64,000 nucleotides of DNA from Candidatus Accumulibacter cognatus (GCA_013414765.1 CP058708.1:4630748-4694747), one strand, 5' to 3'; positions 12,570 through 23,218 are shown, numbered from the stretch's first letter. A program made the numbers and translations. The notes: generated by a model not told the origin, from the sequence alone.

Positions 12570-13348
12570 GCACGGCCATGATCCATCCCAGTGCCATCAT
12601 CGAGGCTGGCGCGCAACTCGGTGCCAATGTTTCTGTCGGTGCCTTTTCGATCATCGGCGAGCATGTCGAGATCGGTGACAATACCGTGATCGGCCCGCAT
12701 GTGGTCATTTCGGGTCGGACACGCATCGGCTGTGACAACCATATCTATCAATTCTCCTCGCTGGGCGGACCGCCTCAGGACAAGAAGCACGCTGGTGAGC
12801 CGACGCGTCTGGAGATCGGAGACCGCAACACGATTCGCGAGTTCTGCACCTTCAATCTGGGCACCGCCCTGGATGCGGGTGTCACCCGCATGGGCGATGA
12901 CAACTGGATCATGGCCTATGTACACATTGCGCATGATTGCCAGGTTGGCAACCGTACCGTGTTTGCCAACAATGCGCAGCTGGCTGGCCATGTGCACATT
13001 GGCGACTGGGTGATTCTCGGTGGTTTTTCCGGCGTCCACCAGTTTTGCCGCATCGGCGCGCATGCCATGACCGCTGCCGGAACGGTGGCCGTGCAGGACA
13101 TCCCACCCTTCGTGATGGCTGCCGGCAATACCGCCAGCCCTTTCGGCATCAACGCCGAGGGCCTGAAGCGAAGGGGTTTTTCTCCAGAGGCGATGCTGGC
13201 CCTGAAACGTGCCTACCGCACGCTCTACAAGTCCGGACTGATGCTCGAAGAAGCGCGCGCCAAGCTCATCGAAGAAGTCGTAGCACATCCTGAAATCCAG
13301 CCGTTGATCGACTTCCTCGCAGTATCGAAGCGCGGCATTATCAGATGA
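12566..13348 (+). CDS. lpxA: acyl-ACP--UDP-GlcNAc O-acyltransferase
   Basis: Hexapeptide-repeat protein with the LpxA C-terminal helical domain; ATGA overlap with fabZ. Confidence 0.95.
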   Translation: MSTAMIHPSAIIEAGAQLGANVSVGAFSIIGEHVEIGDNTVIGPHVVISGRTRIGCDNHIYQFSSLGGPPQDKKHAGEPTRLEIGDRNTIREFCTFNLGTALDAGVTRMGDDNWIMAYVHIAHDCQVGNRTVFANNAQLAGHVHIGDWVILGGFSGVHQFCRIGAHAMTAAGTVAVQDIPPFVMAAGNTASPFGINAEGLKRRGFSPEAMLALKRAYRTLYKSGLMLEEARAKLIEEVVAHPEIQPLIDFLAVSKRGIIR

Positions 13349-14526
13349 CCGCAGGTGTGCTGCGGATTGCCATGGTGGCTGGCGAAGCCTCCGGCGATCT
13401 GCTCGCCAGCCAGCTCATTGAGGCCTTGCAGGCCCGGCTGCCGAACGCTGTGTTCTATGGCGTTGGCGGCCCGAAAATGCTCGGGCGGGGTTTCGACGCC
13501 TGGCATCCACTCGAGAAACTGGCGGTGCGCGGCTATGTCGAGGTACTCAGGCACTATCGTGAAATTGCCGGTATTCGCGCGGACCTCAAACGACGCCTGC
13601 TGGCTGATCCGCCCGATGTGTTCATCGGCGTTGATGCACCGGATTTCAATCTGGGACTGGAAAAGACACTCAAACAGCGCGGCATTGCGACCATTCACTA
13701 CGTCAGTCCGTCAATCTGGGCCTGGCGCGGCGGGCGCATCCACAAGATTGGCGCGGCGGTTGCGCGGGTGCTGGCGCTATTTCCCTTTGAACCGGAGATT
13801 TATCAGAAGCAAGGAATTCCAGTCAGCTACGTTGGCCATCCACTGGCCGACATGCTGCCGGTCGAAGATGGCCGCGAAAGTGCGCGCACTCTGCTTGGTC
13901 TGCCCTTGCTGGCTGCCGTTTTTGCGCTCCTGCCGGGCAGCCGGCAATCCGAGTTGCAGTACATGGCTGATACTTTCATCGAAACCGCACTCCGGATCCA
14001 CGCCGAGATCCCGGATGCGCTGTTTCTCGTGCCGCTAGCGACTCGCGAGACGCGCCTGCTCTTCGAAGCCGCGCTACATCGCTGCCAGGCCCAGGAACGA
14101 CCGATTCGCCTGCTGTTCGGACATGCGCATCAGGCGATGATGGCCGCAGACGTCGTTCTGGTCGCGAGCGGCACCGCCACCCTCGAGGCGGCACTGCTCA
14201 AGCGACCGATGGTCATTGCCTACAAGATGGCACCGCTGTCCTGGTGGCTGATGCAGCGCATTGGCGGTTATCTGCCCTATTGTGGTTTGCCGAATGTGCT
14301 GGCCGGTCGCTTCATCGTTCCCGAATTCATCCAGGACGATGCAACACCCGACAATCTCGCGCAGGCGCTGCTCAACCTCTACGCCGACAAGACGGTGTGT
14401 GATGGGCTCAAGGCGCAGTTTCGAGCGCTGCATCTGCAATTGCGCCAGAATGCTGCCGAAAAGGCCGCACTGGCGGTGATCGGCTGCCTGCCGCCATTAT
14501 TGAGCAAGCATGCTGCTGCAAGTTGA
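13345..14526 (+). CDS. lpxB: lipid-A-disaccharide synthase
   Basis: [12 protein letters not shown]-terminus typical of LpxB. Confidence 0.95.
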   Translation: MTAGVLRIAMVAGEASGDLLASQLIEALQARLPNAVFYGVGGPKMLGRGFDAWHPLEKLAVRGYVEVLRHYREIAGIRADLKRRLLADPPDVFIGVDAPDFNLGLEKTLKQRGIATIHYVSPSIWAWRGGRIHKIGAAVARVLALFPFEPEIYQKQGIPVSYVGHPLADMLPVEDGRESARTLLGLPLLAAVFALLPGSRQSELQYMADTFIETALRIHAEIPDALFLVPLATRETRLLFEAALHRCQAQERPIRLLFGHAHQAMMAADVVLVASGTATLEAALLKRPMVIAYKMAPLSWWLMQRIGGYLPYCGLPNVLAGRFIVPEFIQDDATPDNLAQALLNLYADKTVCDGLKAQFRALHLQLRQNAAEKAALAVIGCLPPLLSKHAAAS

Positions 14527-15103
14527 AGGCCTGGTCTGCGGAGTCGACGAGTCCGGCCGTGGTCCGATCGCCGGGCCGGTGCTGGCCGCCGCAGTGATCC
14601 TCGACCCGGCGCAGCCGATTGCCGGCCTCAATGACTCGAAAAAGCTTTCCGCCCGGCAACGCGCGGCACTGGCCGAAGAAATTAGCGCCAAAGCGCTGGC
14701 CTGGGCAGTTGCTGCCGCGAACGTCGAGGAAATCGACCGCATCAACATCCTTCAGGCCAGTCTGCTGGCCATGCAACGCGCCGTCAGCGCACTCGCCGCA
14801 CGGCACCAGCTCGCGCCGGTCCGGGTGATGGTCGACGGCAATCATTGCCCCCGGTTGCAGTACCCCGTTGAGGCCATCGTCGGTGGCGACGGCAAGATCG
14901 CGGCCATTGCCGCGGCATCGATTCTGGCCAAGACCGTACGCGATGCCGGCATGCGCGAGCTGCACGCAGTGTATCCACAGTACGGATTTGATCGGCACAT
15001 GGGTTATCCCACCGCCCTGCATCTGGCGGCACTGCGTGAATACGGTGCGAGCCCCGAACATCGCCGCAGCTTCGGGCCAGTAGCGCGCCTCGGAACGCCG
15101 TGA
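14510..15103 (+). CDS. rnhB: ribonuclease HII
   Basis: [14 protein letters not shown] active-site motif. Confidence 0.9.
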   Translation: MLLQVEGLVCGVDESGRGPIAGPVLAAAVILDPAQPIAGLNDSKKLSARQRAALAEEISAKALAWAVAAANVEEIDRINILQASLLAMQRAVSALAARHQLAPVRVMVDGNHCPRLQYPVEAIVGGDGKIAAIAAASILAKTVRDAGMRELHAVYPQYGFDRHMGYPTALHLAALREYGASPEHRRSFGPVARLGTP

Positions 15104-15894
15104 GACGCATCGTCGCTCGGAGCAATCCGCATTACCAGGCACTCAAGAAACTCTGCGAGAGTGGCCGTGGACGACGCAAGAGTGGTCGGGTGCTGCTTGA
15201 CGGCATGCATCTGATCGAAACCTATGGCTGCCACCGTGGCATTCCGGAAGAAATTCTGGTCAGCGACAGCGGCACCGTTCGGCCGGAGATTGCCAGATAC
15301 CTAGAACGAGGCCGCTCTGCGCAGACAGTTACCCTGCTTTCCGACGCGCTGTTCGGCGAACTCGCGACGGTCGACACCCCGAGCGGCATCATGGCCGTCG
15401 TTCCGCTACCTGTGGCGGCGCGCAAGCTGGACCATGCTGCTGATACGGTTTTGCTCGATGGCGTTCAGGATCCCGGTAATGTCGGTTCGATCCTGCGCAG
15501 CGCCGCCGCCGCGGGTTTTCGCCAGATCCTGCTGTCGATCGATTGTGCACAGGCCTGGTCGCCGAAGACGCTGCGTGCCGCGATGGGCGCACATTTTCAG
15601 CTCGACATTCACGAAGACAGCGACCTTCCCGAGTTCCTTGCTGCCTATCGCGGGCAATCCGTTGCCACCACGCTCGCTGCGTCGGTCAGTTTGTATTCGG
15701 CCAATCTGCAGGGATCGCTGGCCTGGGTCTTTGGCAGCGAGGGTCTTGGCATCCGGCCTGCCGTGCTGGCTGCGACTGACCAGCGATTGCATATCCCGAT
15801 GCCTGGCGCCACCGAGTCACTGAACGTCGCCGCCGCCGCCGCCATCTGCCTGTTCGAGACGCTGCGCTGTCGTAGGGTGGAAACCTTCCGATGA
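15100..15894 (+). CDS. SpoU/TrmH-family RNA 2'-O-methyltransferase
   Basis: SPOUT-fold motifs ([19 protein letters not shown]...VFGSEGLGI...[11 protein letters not shown]); ATGA overlap with rnhB. Confidence 0.8.
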   Translation: MRRIVARSNPHYQALKKLCESGRGRRKSGRVLLDGMHLIETYGCHRGIPEEILVSDSGTVRPEIARYLERGRSAQTVTLLSDALFGELATVDTPSGIMAVVPLPVAARKLDHAADTVLLDGVQDPGNVGSILRSAAAAGFRQILLSIDCAQAWSPKTLRAAMGAHFQLDIHEDSDLPEFLAAYRGQSVATTLAASVSLYSANLQGSLAWVFGSEGLGIRPAVLAATDQRLHIPMPGATESLNVAAAAAICLFETLRCRRVETFR

Positions 15895-16769
15895 GGCGTT
15901 CCGCCTTCTCGAAGTTGCCTTCCGCATAGATGCGGGACAGACGTTGCCCCCCTGGATCTTCCCGCCAAGGATGAAACGGCGTCCAGCAGCGCCGCCGTGC
16001 TCTCGTCGAGATGAGAGCCAAGTCATCCCGGCAGCTTCCGGAATCCGTAGCAACTCCATGCGAAGGACGTCCTCGGAAACGACTCTGCTCCTCTCCAGCA
16101 AGCCCGGATTTACCCCATCGCCGCGGAGGGTCGAGACGTGCGAATAGCGCCGGTGTCCTGACAGAATGGACAGCATCCACGTGCCCAGAACACGCGATCG
16201 ACGGCGCGTATAGGCTGCCATACGTTATAGCGGACAGCCTGCCAGCCAGCCACAGCGACCACAGCCCTGGCAGATGCAGAAACGGGATGAAGTCGTCCAA
16301 CTGACCTATCGGTGTCACTGCACTTTCCATCTCCCAAGGCACCTGATTACAACCACATACAACCACAAGCGCCTGCACTCGACCTCGGTTTTCGGTCACC
16401 GGCCCAGTTTCTGGAACATAGGCGTTCAGGAGGCGGAATATACTGATAACATGAGACCCCGCCCTTTGGTAGACGATAATCCGAGGGAAGCGTATTGCGG
16501 AAGCTAAGGCGATTTCTCGGAATCAAGATACCGCAAGGCTTGTATTGCTGGCCATGAGTCCAGCCTACCATCATGACTATTGGTATGGCGTTTTGCGGAA
16601 ATCACCTAAAGGATCAGGTAGGAACGCCTGGATGAGAACGAGGCTTGTTGCGGTTGTGATGGTCGCTTTGCTTCAGGCGGGGATGGTCTATTGGGTTGCC
16701 GGCGGCATCGGAGGGTTGGCGATGGCCATTGCCGGTGGCAGCGCTCTTCTGACTGCCGCTTTGTCGTAA

Positions 16770-17870
16770 GCGCTCAGCAAAAAGTCATCCGATAATCGGA
16801 GCCGAAGCCGCCCAGAATTTTGTCGACGTTGGCCTCAAGTGTCGGAGCGTTCCTGGCTTTGAAGGCCATCCACTCGTACTTCATCTTGTACTTCATCTTG
16901 TACTTCATCTTGTACTTCATCTTGTGCCAGAGCTTCTCAACGCGGTTCAGTTCTGGGCTGTCAGGGGGCAAGAAGTAAAGCGTGAGTCCCTTCTGCTTCA
17001 GGAGAGCCAGCAGGGGCTGGATGGCCTTGGCCTGGTGGATGGACGCATTGTCCAGAATGAACGTCAAGGGTCTGCCGACGCTTTCCAGAAGGAGACCCAG
17101 GAAACCTCCAAGGAGCGCCGCGGTCGTGGTCTCCCAGAACTTGGCCGTGAACAACTCCCCCCTCGAGATCAACGCGGCCAGCACATTCAGGCGCTTCCCG
17201 CGCTCGGCCGTAATGCGGTGAACCTCTCCTGTTTCGGTCCATGCGCTCCGATTGGGCTGCGCCTGCGCAAAGCCCGCTTCATCCAGGTAGGTCAGCCCCA
17301 TTTCACCACGCTTTGATTTTTCAAGCAATTCTTCTATTTCTGCCTGGGCTCCCCGAAATTTGGCTTCGTCTCGTTTTTTAGGCTGTGCCGGGTCCTTTTC
17401 CAGACATAGCCCTGCTCTTTCAAGGCGCTTTGCACCAGCTACACCGACACCTGTACACCCTGTTCCTCTGACAGGCGGCTTCTCAACTGAGGGGCCGTAC
17501 AGGCTTCATCCTGTGCCCAGGCGCAGAGCACCTGCCGAAGGGTTTCCGATAGCTTGCGCGGGGCGCCACTGCGCGGCAGGTCCCGTAGTCCGGCAAAGCC
17601 TCGAACCAGCCAAGCATCCCTGTGGCAGGCCACGGTCTCCTTGCAATCTTTTGCTGGGTCACGACGGCATCGATCGACAGTCCCTGATCGAGGAGAAGGA
17701 TGGTCCGCGCTCGCCGACGTTCGCGCCAGTCGCTGCCCCGCTCGTCTATCTGCTTGAGTTGGCCGCGTTCCTCATCGGTGAGCGTCAGTGTTTTGGCTTT
17801 GCGGGACAGGGCGAGGCTTTCGGGAGGTGGGAGGAAAGTATAACGCGCATAAGTCGGAGGACTTATCCGG
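16770..17870 (-). mobile_element. IS630-family insertion sequence (degraded copy)
   Basis: Minus-strand ORFs encode an IS630/Tc1-type N-terminal HTH (KAKTLTLTDEERGQLKQI...) and a DDE domain (LDNASIHQAK...LYFLPPDSPELNRVEKLW), split over three reading frames. Confidence 0.6.
16774..17850 (-). pseudogene. IS630-family transposase, disrupted
   Basis: Interrupted by frameshifts and a 12-bp tandem repeat (CATCTTGTACTT x4) inside the DDE coding region. Confidence 0.55.
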
Positions 17871-18124
17871 AAGCGCTTAGCGTCATCGTGGATGAGGCGA
17901 CCGGCGAGTACAGCGTTGCCGTCGCGGACGCCTACGCTGGTCAGGGAATCGGCTCGGAAATCATGCGGCAATTGCTCGACGCCGCGCATGGACACCACTT
18001 GAAGCGCATCGTCAGGCAAGTGTTGAGTGAGAACGATGGAATGGTCGTAACCATGGATGTACTAGGTTTCAGCGTGTCGATGACCGACGATCCGGAAATC
18101 ATGGATCTCAGTCTGCGTCTCTGA
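17862..18124 (+). pseudogene. GNAT-family N-acetyltransferase fragment (C-terminal part only)
   Basis: YAGQGIGSEIMRQLLDAA...RIVRQVLSEN resembles the acetyl-CoA-binding motif A region of GNATs; no N-terminal half is present; abuts the IS630 remnant. Confidence 0.4.
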
Positions 18125-18308
18125 CGCAGGGGTGATTTCGCGGTTGCCCCTGTCCGCCGCAGCTCTTATGCTTCCCCTGGGTGTCTTCATTCGGTGACGC
18201 CGCATTGCCCGACTGCTGCAATGCCCGGAGTCAGCCGGATGGGAGGGAATCTTGTCAAGCGTCGAACCCGCTGCCTCCCTGGTAGCAGTCGTGCTTCTAA
18301 GCTTCTAA

Positions 18309-19891
18309 CTGAAGTTTAGACACTCGCAATCGCCAGCGGATGCCGAAGACATTCCGGCGCCGCAAAAATTTTTCGAAGAAATACAAAAAAGACTTGACAT
18401 GACGTGGGAATCGTGAGGTCGCCGCGCGCTGCTTGCGCAGGGTTCTCGCGCAAGCAGCGCGCGGCGACCAATGAGGGATCGTTTTCGATCCTGGACTTTC
18501 CCTCATGTCTCTCGCTGCCAACGTCTGCTTGCTACTCTCGGAATGGATTTCCTTTCTCCTGGTGGCGGTGCCACCGCGTTCTCGCCGGACCTTCGTCGAA
18601 CTGCTGATCGGTTGCCTGCTCAACCCGGAAGGCTGGGTCACGCGGGCCATCGGGGCCATTCGCCGGGAGGCACACTGGACCACCTATTACAAGCTCATCG
18701 AGCGAGCACAGGTGCCGGTCACGGAATTGTCGCTGCGTTTGTTACAGCTGGTGCTGACGGTGTGCCCCACCGAACTGGTCACCCTGATCCTCGACGATAC
18801 GCTGGTTCTGCGCGGCGCGAAGTCCGGGCCGGGGATCAGTATCAAGCACGATCACAGCCACAAGGCCAATCGGCCGACCTTTCTGAACAGCCAGTGCTGG
18901 GTCACGCTGGCCCTGGTCGTGCGCGTCCGCCTGGGTTCGGCGCTGACGGTGCCGATTCGCTCGTGGCTGCTCGAAGAATCGGGTCAGCGCGGCAAGCTCT
19001 GGGGGGCACGCCAACTGATGGACTCGGTCCGGGGGCACGTCCAGGGGGGGCGCTTGCTGATCGATGCCTGGTTCATGCGCCGCACCCTGATTCTTCCGTT
19101 GCTCGAACAACCGGTCCGCATCATCGGACAGGTGCGCCGCGATACGGCCTTGTTTCTGCCGCCGGAACCGGAGCCGAAACGCCGAGGCCGCCAGCGCAAG
19201 TACGGCCAGCGGATCGATGCGGCGAGGCTCGAAACCTTGCCGGTGCAGGAGATGGAGCTGATGCTGTACGGCAAGGTGCAGCGGGTTCGGGTGCGTTCGG
19301 TCATCGCTGTGGCGCGATTCCTGAAGGGGCTCCCGGTACGCGCGGTGTGGTGCGAGATGCTCCTGCCCGATCACACCTGGTCGCGCCCACGCCTGATTCT
19401 GGCCACCGAGACCGACCTGTCGGCCCAACAGGTCGTCGCGATCTACGCCGAGCGCTGGGCGATCGAGCCCTTGTTTCACCACCTGAAGCGCTGGTGGGGC
19501 GTGGCCAATCTGTGGCAGCAGTCGAAGGCCGCGCTGGAACTGTGGATGCAGATTCGCTCCACGGCCTACGCGTTGACGCAACTGCTCGCCCTGCAGTTGT
19601 GGCCGTCCTTTCCGCTGATGGCCATCGCCCCCTGGAGAAAGGGTGCCATGATCACTGCGGGCCTTTTCGCCCAGGGGCTGCGCATGCAATTTATCGGACT
19701 TCCCGTGCGCGACGCCTACGACTCGAAGTCCGGTCAATTCGTGATGCCTCTCCCCGGTCAGGATCAGCGTTTGCAGTGTTGAGACGTCTCGCCCAGCGTC
19801 GATCGGCGCTGGGGAATGCCATTGTCTTGAAAGCCATCGCTCGCCTCCGCGAAAACCCGGCGAGCGGAGCACGCGTGTGTCTAAACTTCAG
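18309..19891 (+). mobile_element. IS701-like (IS4 superfamily) insertion sequence, apparently intact
   Basis: Perfect 15-bp terminal inverted repeats CTGAAGTTTAGACAC (18309-18323) and GTGTCTAAACTTCAG (19877-19891); flanking 8-bp direct repeat GCTTCTAA (18301-18308 and 19892-19899); single 425-aa DDE transposase ORF. Confidence 0.75.
18505..19782 (+). CDS. IS701-family DDE transposase
   Basis: 425 aa; ...AIYAERWAIEPLFHHLKRWWG... C-terminal motif typical of IS4/IS701 DDE transposases. Confidence 0.8.
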   Translation: MSLAANVCLLLSEWISFLLVAVPPRSRRTFVELLIGCLLNPEGWVTRAIGAIRREAHWTTYYKLIERAQVPVTELSLRLLQLVLTVCPTELVTLILDDTLVLRGAKSGPGISIKHDHSHKANRPTFLNSQCWVTLALVVRVRLGSALTVPIRSWLLEESGQRGKLWGARQLMDSVRGHVQGGRLLIDAWFMRRTLILPLLEQPVRIIGQVRRDTALFLPPEPEPKRRGRQRKYGQRIDAARLETLPVQEMELMLYGKVQRVRVRSVIAVARFLKGLPVRAVWCEMLLPDHTWSRPRLILATETDLSAQQVVAIYAERWAIEPLFHHLKRWWGVANLWQQSKAALELWMQIRSTAYALTQLLALQLWPSFPLMAIAPWRKGAMITAGLFAQGLRMQFIGLPVRDAYDSKSGQFVMPLPGQDQRLQC

Positions 19892-20251
19892 GCTTCTAAG
19901 AAAGCTCGCCCATATGTGAAAGAACCTTGCGGTCGGATGAACTCTCGGTGAGGAAGGAGATGATCCGGATCTCGCCGCCTCACTTCAGACGGAACTGCGG
20001 GAAGTTCTCATAAATCCGGGCAAGCAGCAGGGCCCACGCGGTTCGCTCTACCTGGCGATGGATCGGCTCTTCTGTAGCTTGTATCTGAACTGCTGCGCTC
20101 GGTGCGGTGGGGAGCGGAACGTTACAGACCTCCGTTGGTGTTTGCGCTGCCGGCGTTTCGGGTGGACACGGGTCTGCAGGCCTCGAAATCCTTTTCGATC
20201 ACGGGAGTGCTTTTGAATCGACGGGTCCACGGGCCAGATCGGTGACCTGGG

Positions 20252-21550
20252 CTACGGCCCCTGTATCGCCGACACGCCGCGTTTCTTCAGGAATTTTCCA
20301 AGTTTTCGGTCGCTGGAATGGATGTGCTGCACCAGCCAGGCATGCAGCGATATCACCAACTGTCGCAGGTCGATCTGCGGGTTGGCCTTCAGTTGCAGGT
20401 CGTAGCTCGACAGTACGTCGGCCAGTTGCAGGTGCTGCGCCTGGTGCTCCCCTCTGTCCGGATAAGCGTGTTCGTGCATGAGGTCCTCCTCGAATGAAAA
20501 GTGGCTGCGCACATACTCGATCAGCGCCTTCATCACCTTTCTCGTTTCGCTCTTCTTGTCGCCCGAATGCGTGCTGGCGTCAAATCGGTTGAGGATGCGG
20601 ATCAGTTCCTGGTGCTGAGCATCGATCGAGGTGTCCCCCGTCTCGTAGGTGAATGACCACGCCAGCAAGGGGTTGCTGGCCTCCGCGAGCGGTTTCTTGA
20701 TGCGTGGCTTCGATGCGACTTCGTAAGGCGGGTTTTCCGCAAAGTCGGTCAAGGCCGCCAGCGGTAGCGGACGCGAGAAATGGTAGCCCTGGATGACATC
20801 ACAACCGTTGGCTTCGAGGAAGGCCATCTGTTCCAGGGTTTCCACCCCCTCGGCAACGGTCATGATGTCAAGCTTGTTGGCCATCTCGATGATCGCCAGC
20901 ACGATGGGAATGTTGTTTTGATCCCGGATGAACGACTGGTCGATCTTCAGGTAATCGAAAGGCAGTTGGTACAGGTAGGACAGGGACGAGTAGCCGGTGC
21001 CGAAATCGTCCAGGGCGAGATTGACACCGATCTTCTTCAGGGCCATGAGCGTGGCCTTGGTCGCCGCAAAGTCGTTGATGAAGGCGCTTTCCGTGATTTC
21101 CAGGGTCAGGCGGTAACCGGCCATGCCGTCAAGCGCTTCGGTCACCTTCGCCACGATGTCGCTCTGGGTGAGTTGCAACGGCGACAGGTTGACGGACATG
21201 TTGATGCCGGTACTGCGCATGACGCGACAGGCTTCCTGCAGGACCCACTCGCCGAGCGTGCAGATCAGGCCAGCCTCTTCGGCGATGGGAATGAAGCGCG
21301 CCGGACTGATGATTCCCAGTTCCGGGTGCGCCCATCGCACCAGCGCCTCGGCGCCGTGTACGCTCCGGCTGACCAGGCAGAGCTGCGGCTGATAATGCAG
21401 CAACAGATCACCGGGGATGGCCTGGCGCAGAGCGTTTTCGACCATCATTTTTTCCAGTGCCTGCGCGTTGATCCGTTCCGTGAAGAACTGGAAATTGTTC
21501 CGTCCCTGAGTCTTGGCATGATACATGGCGACATCGGCGTGCTTGAGCAA
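20252..21550 (-). CDS. EAL phosphodiesterase with C-terminal bacteriohemerythrin domain (downstream segment of the same gene)
   Basis: Begins inside the GGDEF C-terminus (HADVAMYHAK), then EAL motifs (EALVRW...DDFGTGYSSL...QGY) and a hemerythrin HHE cation-binding domain (IDAQHQELIRILN...H...H...H...D). Confidence 0.8.
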   Translation of the reverse strand: MLKHADVAMYHAKTQGRNNFQFFTERINAQALEKMMVENALRQAIPGDLLLHYQPQLCLVSRSVHGAEALVRWAHPELGIISPARFIPIAEEAGLICTLGEWVLQEACRVMRSTGINMSVNLSPLQLTQSDIVAKVTEALDGMAGYRLTLEITESAFINDFAATKATLMALKKIGVNLALDDFGTGYSSLSYLYQLPFDYLKIDQSFIRDQNNIPIVLAIIEMANKLDIMTVAEGVETLEQMAFLEANGCDVIQGYHFSRPLPLAALTDFAENPPYEVASKPRIKKPLAEASNPLLAWSFTYETGDTSIDAQHQELIRILNRFDASTHSGDKKSETRKVMKALIEYVRSHFSFEEDLMHEHAYPDRGEHQAQHLQLADVLSSYDLQLKANPQIDLRQLVISLHAWLVQHIHSSDRKLGKFLKKRGVSAIQGP

Positions 21551-21685
21551 ATCCGCGACGGACTCGCCGTCGGTCGGGTAGATGGCGATGCCTATCGAGG
21601 AAGTGGTGGTGACGGTATGCCTGTCGATCCGGCAGGGCTTGCCAATCGCGGCCAGAAGCTTTTGGGCAGCGTGCGTGATATCGGC

Positions 21686-22753
21686 CTAGTCGTTGAAATC
21701 CTCGAGCAGCAGCACGAACTCGTCGCCGCCCTGCCGCGAGACGGTGTCCGTGGCGCGCAGGCAGTTCTGGATGCGACGCGCCACTTCCTGCAGGAGCAGG
21801 TCTCCCACCTCGTGGCCGAGGGTGTCGTTAACCCCCTTGAACTTGTCGAGGTCGATGAACATCACCGCGAGCCTGGAGCGGTTCCGCTCCGCGCGCCCGA
21901 TCGCCTGTCTGATCCGGTCTTCCACCAGGCTGCGGTTGGGCAACCCGGTCAGGAAGTCGTGATGCGCCATGTGTTCGATTCTTGCCATCGTCCGGCTGGC
22001 TTCGGTGATGTCGTTCATCAGGCCGATGTAGTTGGTCACCGATTCGCCCGTCCGGACGATACTGATGTTGGCGTGGACCAGATACTCTTCGCCGGTCTTC
22101 TTCCTGTTCCATATGTCGCCCTGCCAATGGCCGATTTCGTGCAGGGTTTGCCACATCTTCTGAAAGAAGCTGCGCGGATGGCACTGGGAAGCAAACAGCC
22201 TGGGATTCCTGCCGAGCATTTCATCGGTGCGAAAGCCTGTCAGCCCTTCCAGCGCCCTGTTGGCAGAGATGATGAGGTTGTCCTGACTGGTGATCACGAT
22301 CCCTTCCGAGGCGTTCTCGAAAACACTGGCGGACAGTTTCAATTGCTCCTCGGCCTCCTTGTGACGGGTGATGTCCTGGAGTACCTCGATCGCACCAATG
22401 ATCTTGTCGCCGCTGAACAGCGGTTTTGCCTCGAAGGTCAGGTAACGTCGCTTGCCCTTGAGGTCGTCGAACCAGCCTTCCGCCTTGTAGCCATCACTGG
22501 CAAATTCCGTTCTCTCATGCAGACTGTAGAAGCGCGAAGCGTCCGCCAGCAGGTTGTCCAGTACCAGGTCGGCCAGGCAGGGTCTGGGCTCATCGTAGAA
22601 GCCCTTCCAGTGATCGTTGGTGCCCAGGACATCGGCGGCGGCGATGCCGGTCAACAACTCGCACGGACCATTCCAGGCCACCACCACATGCCGGGTGTCG
22701 ACCATGAATGCGGGCAGACTCAGGGCATTCAGTATGCTGCTATTCATTGCCAT
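21686..22753 (-). CDS. PAS-PAS-GGDEF sensor diguanylate cyclase, N-terminal segment ending at an in-frame TAG
   Basis: Two PAS domains then GGDEF-domain motifs (HDFLTGLPNR...RQGGDEFVLLL); the reading frame continues in frame across the TAG at 21686-21688 into the next ORF. Confidence 0.8.
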   Translation of the reverse strand: MAMNSSILNALSLPAFMVDTRHVVVAWNGPCELLTGIAAADVLGTNDHWKGFYDEPRPCLADLVLDNLLADASRFYSLHERTEFASDGYKAEGWFDDLKGKRRYLTFEAKPLFSGDKIIGAIEVLQDITRHKEAEEQLKLSASVFENASEGIVITSQDNLIISANRALEGLTGFRTDEMLGRNPRLFASQCHPRSFFQKMWQTLHEIGHWQGDIWNRKKTGEEYLVHANISIVRTGESVTNYIGLMNDITEASRTMARIEHMAHHDFLTGLPNRSLVEDRIRQAIGRAERNRSRLAVMFIDLDKFKGVNDTLGHEVGDLLLQEVARRIQNCLRATDTVSRQGGDEFVLLLEDFND

Positions 22754-23218
22754 GTTCTCTCAATTAATTCGGAGGCACGCTGCCCGCGGTGTGCAGGCTT
22801 GCCGTGCCATCTTCCCTGGGGATGACCGAGTCCTACGCAGAAGATTTTTCGTCCACAACCGACCATACTAGCCAGGGTGGGTGAGCGTGGGCAGGACTTA
22901 TTTCGCATCCATTGGATAGGCGCGCCCGGCCGGCGCGCGGACCCGCTGCCCCAACGGCATGCAGCCGTCCGTGCGTCAGCGCACAGAGCAGCGGCGGAGC
23001 AATCGGTATCATTCTCAAACGCCCCGTAGCTGCCCCTTCCGGTTCAGAGGGTGTGGGTCGTGCTCCTGCTCATCCAAGGCGGTACCGACCTCCGAAGGAT
23101 TTGTGCAGGCCCTACAAGAGAAGTCAGTCATGCCCGAAAAGGAAAACAACTCCATGCCTGCCGGCAGAGCGTCACCACCCGGACGAATCTTCCTCCAGCC
23201 AATCAGCGAAATTATGCA

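Noticed and set aside
11101-13288. Minus-strand ORFs of 303 aa and 276 aa across lpxD, fabZ and lpxA
   Set aside because: Antisense to well-supported lpx genes. Hexapeptide-repeat DNA produces long open antisense frames.
16545-16769. 74-aa small membrane-protein ORF
   Set aside because: Gly/Ala-rich hydrophobic ORF ending exactly at the IS boundary, with no RBS or homology evidence. It may be a remnant; not reported as a feature.
18742-19872. 376-aa minus-strand ORF inside the IS701-like element
   Set aside because: Antisense to the transposase, with Arg/Gln/Pro-rich low-complexity translation.
20780-22825. 681-aa plus-strand ORF
   Set aside because: Antisense shadow of the PAS-GGDEF-EAL gene in high-GC DNA. 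Gly/Arg/Val-rich low-complexity translation with no domain signatures.
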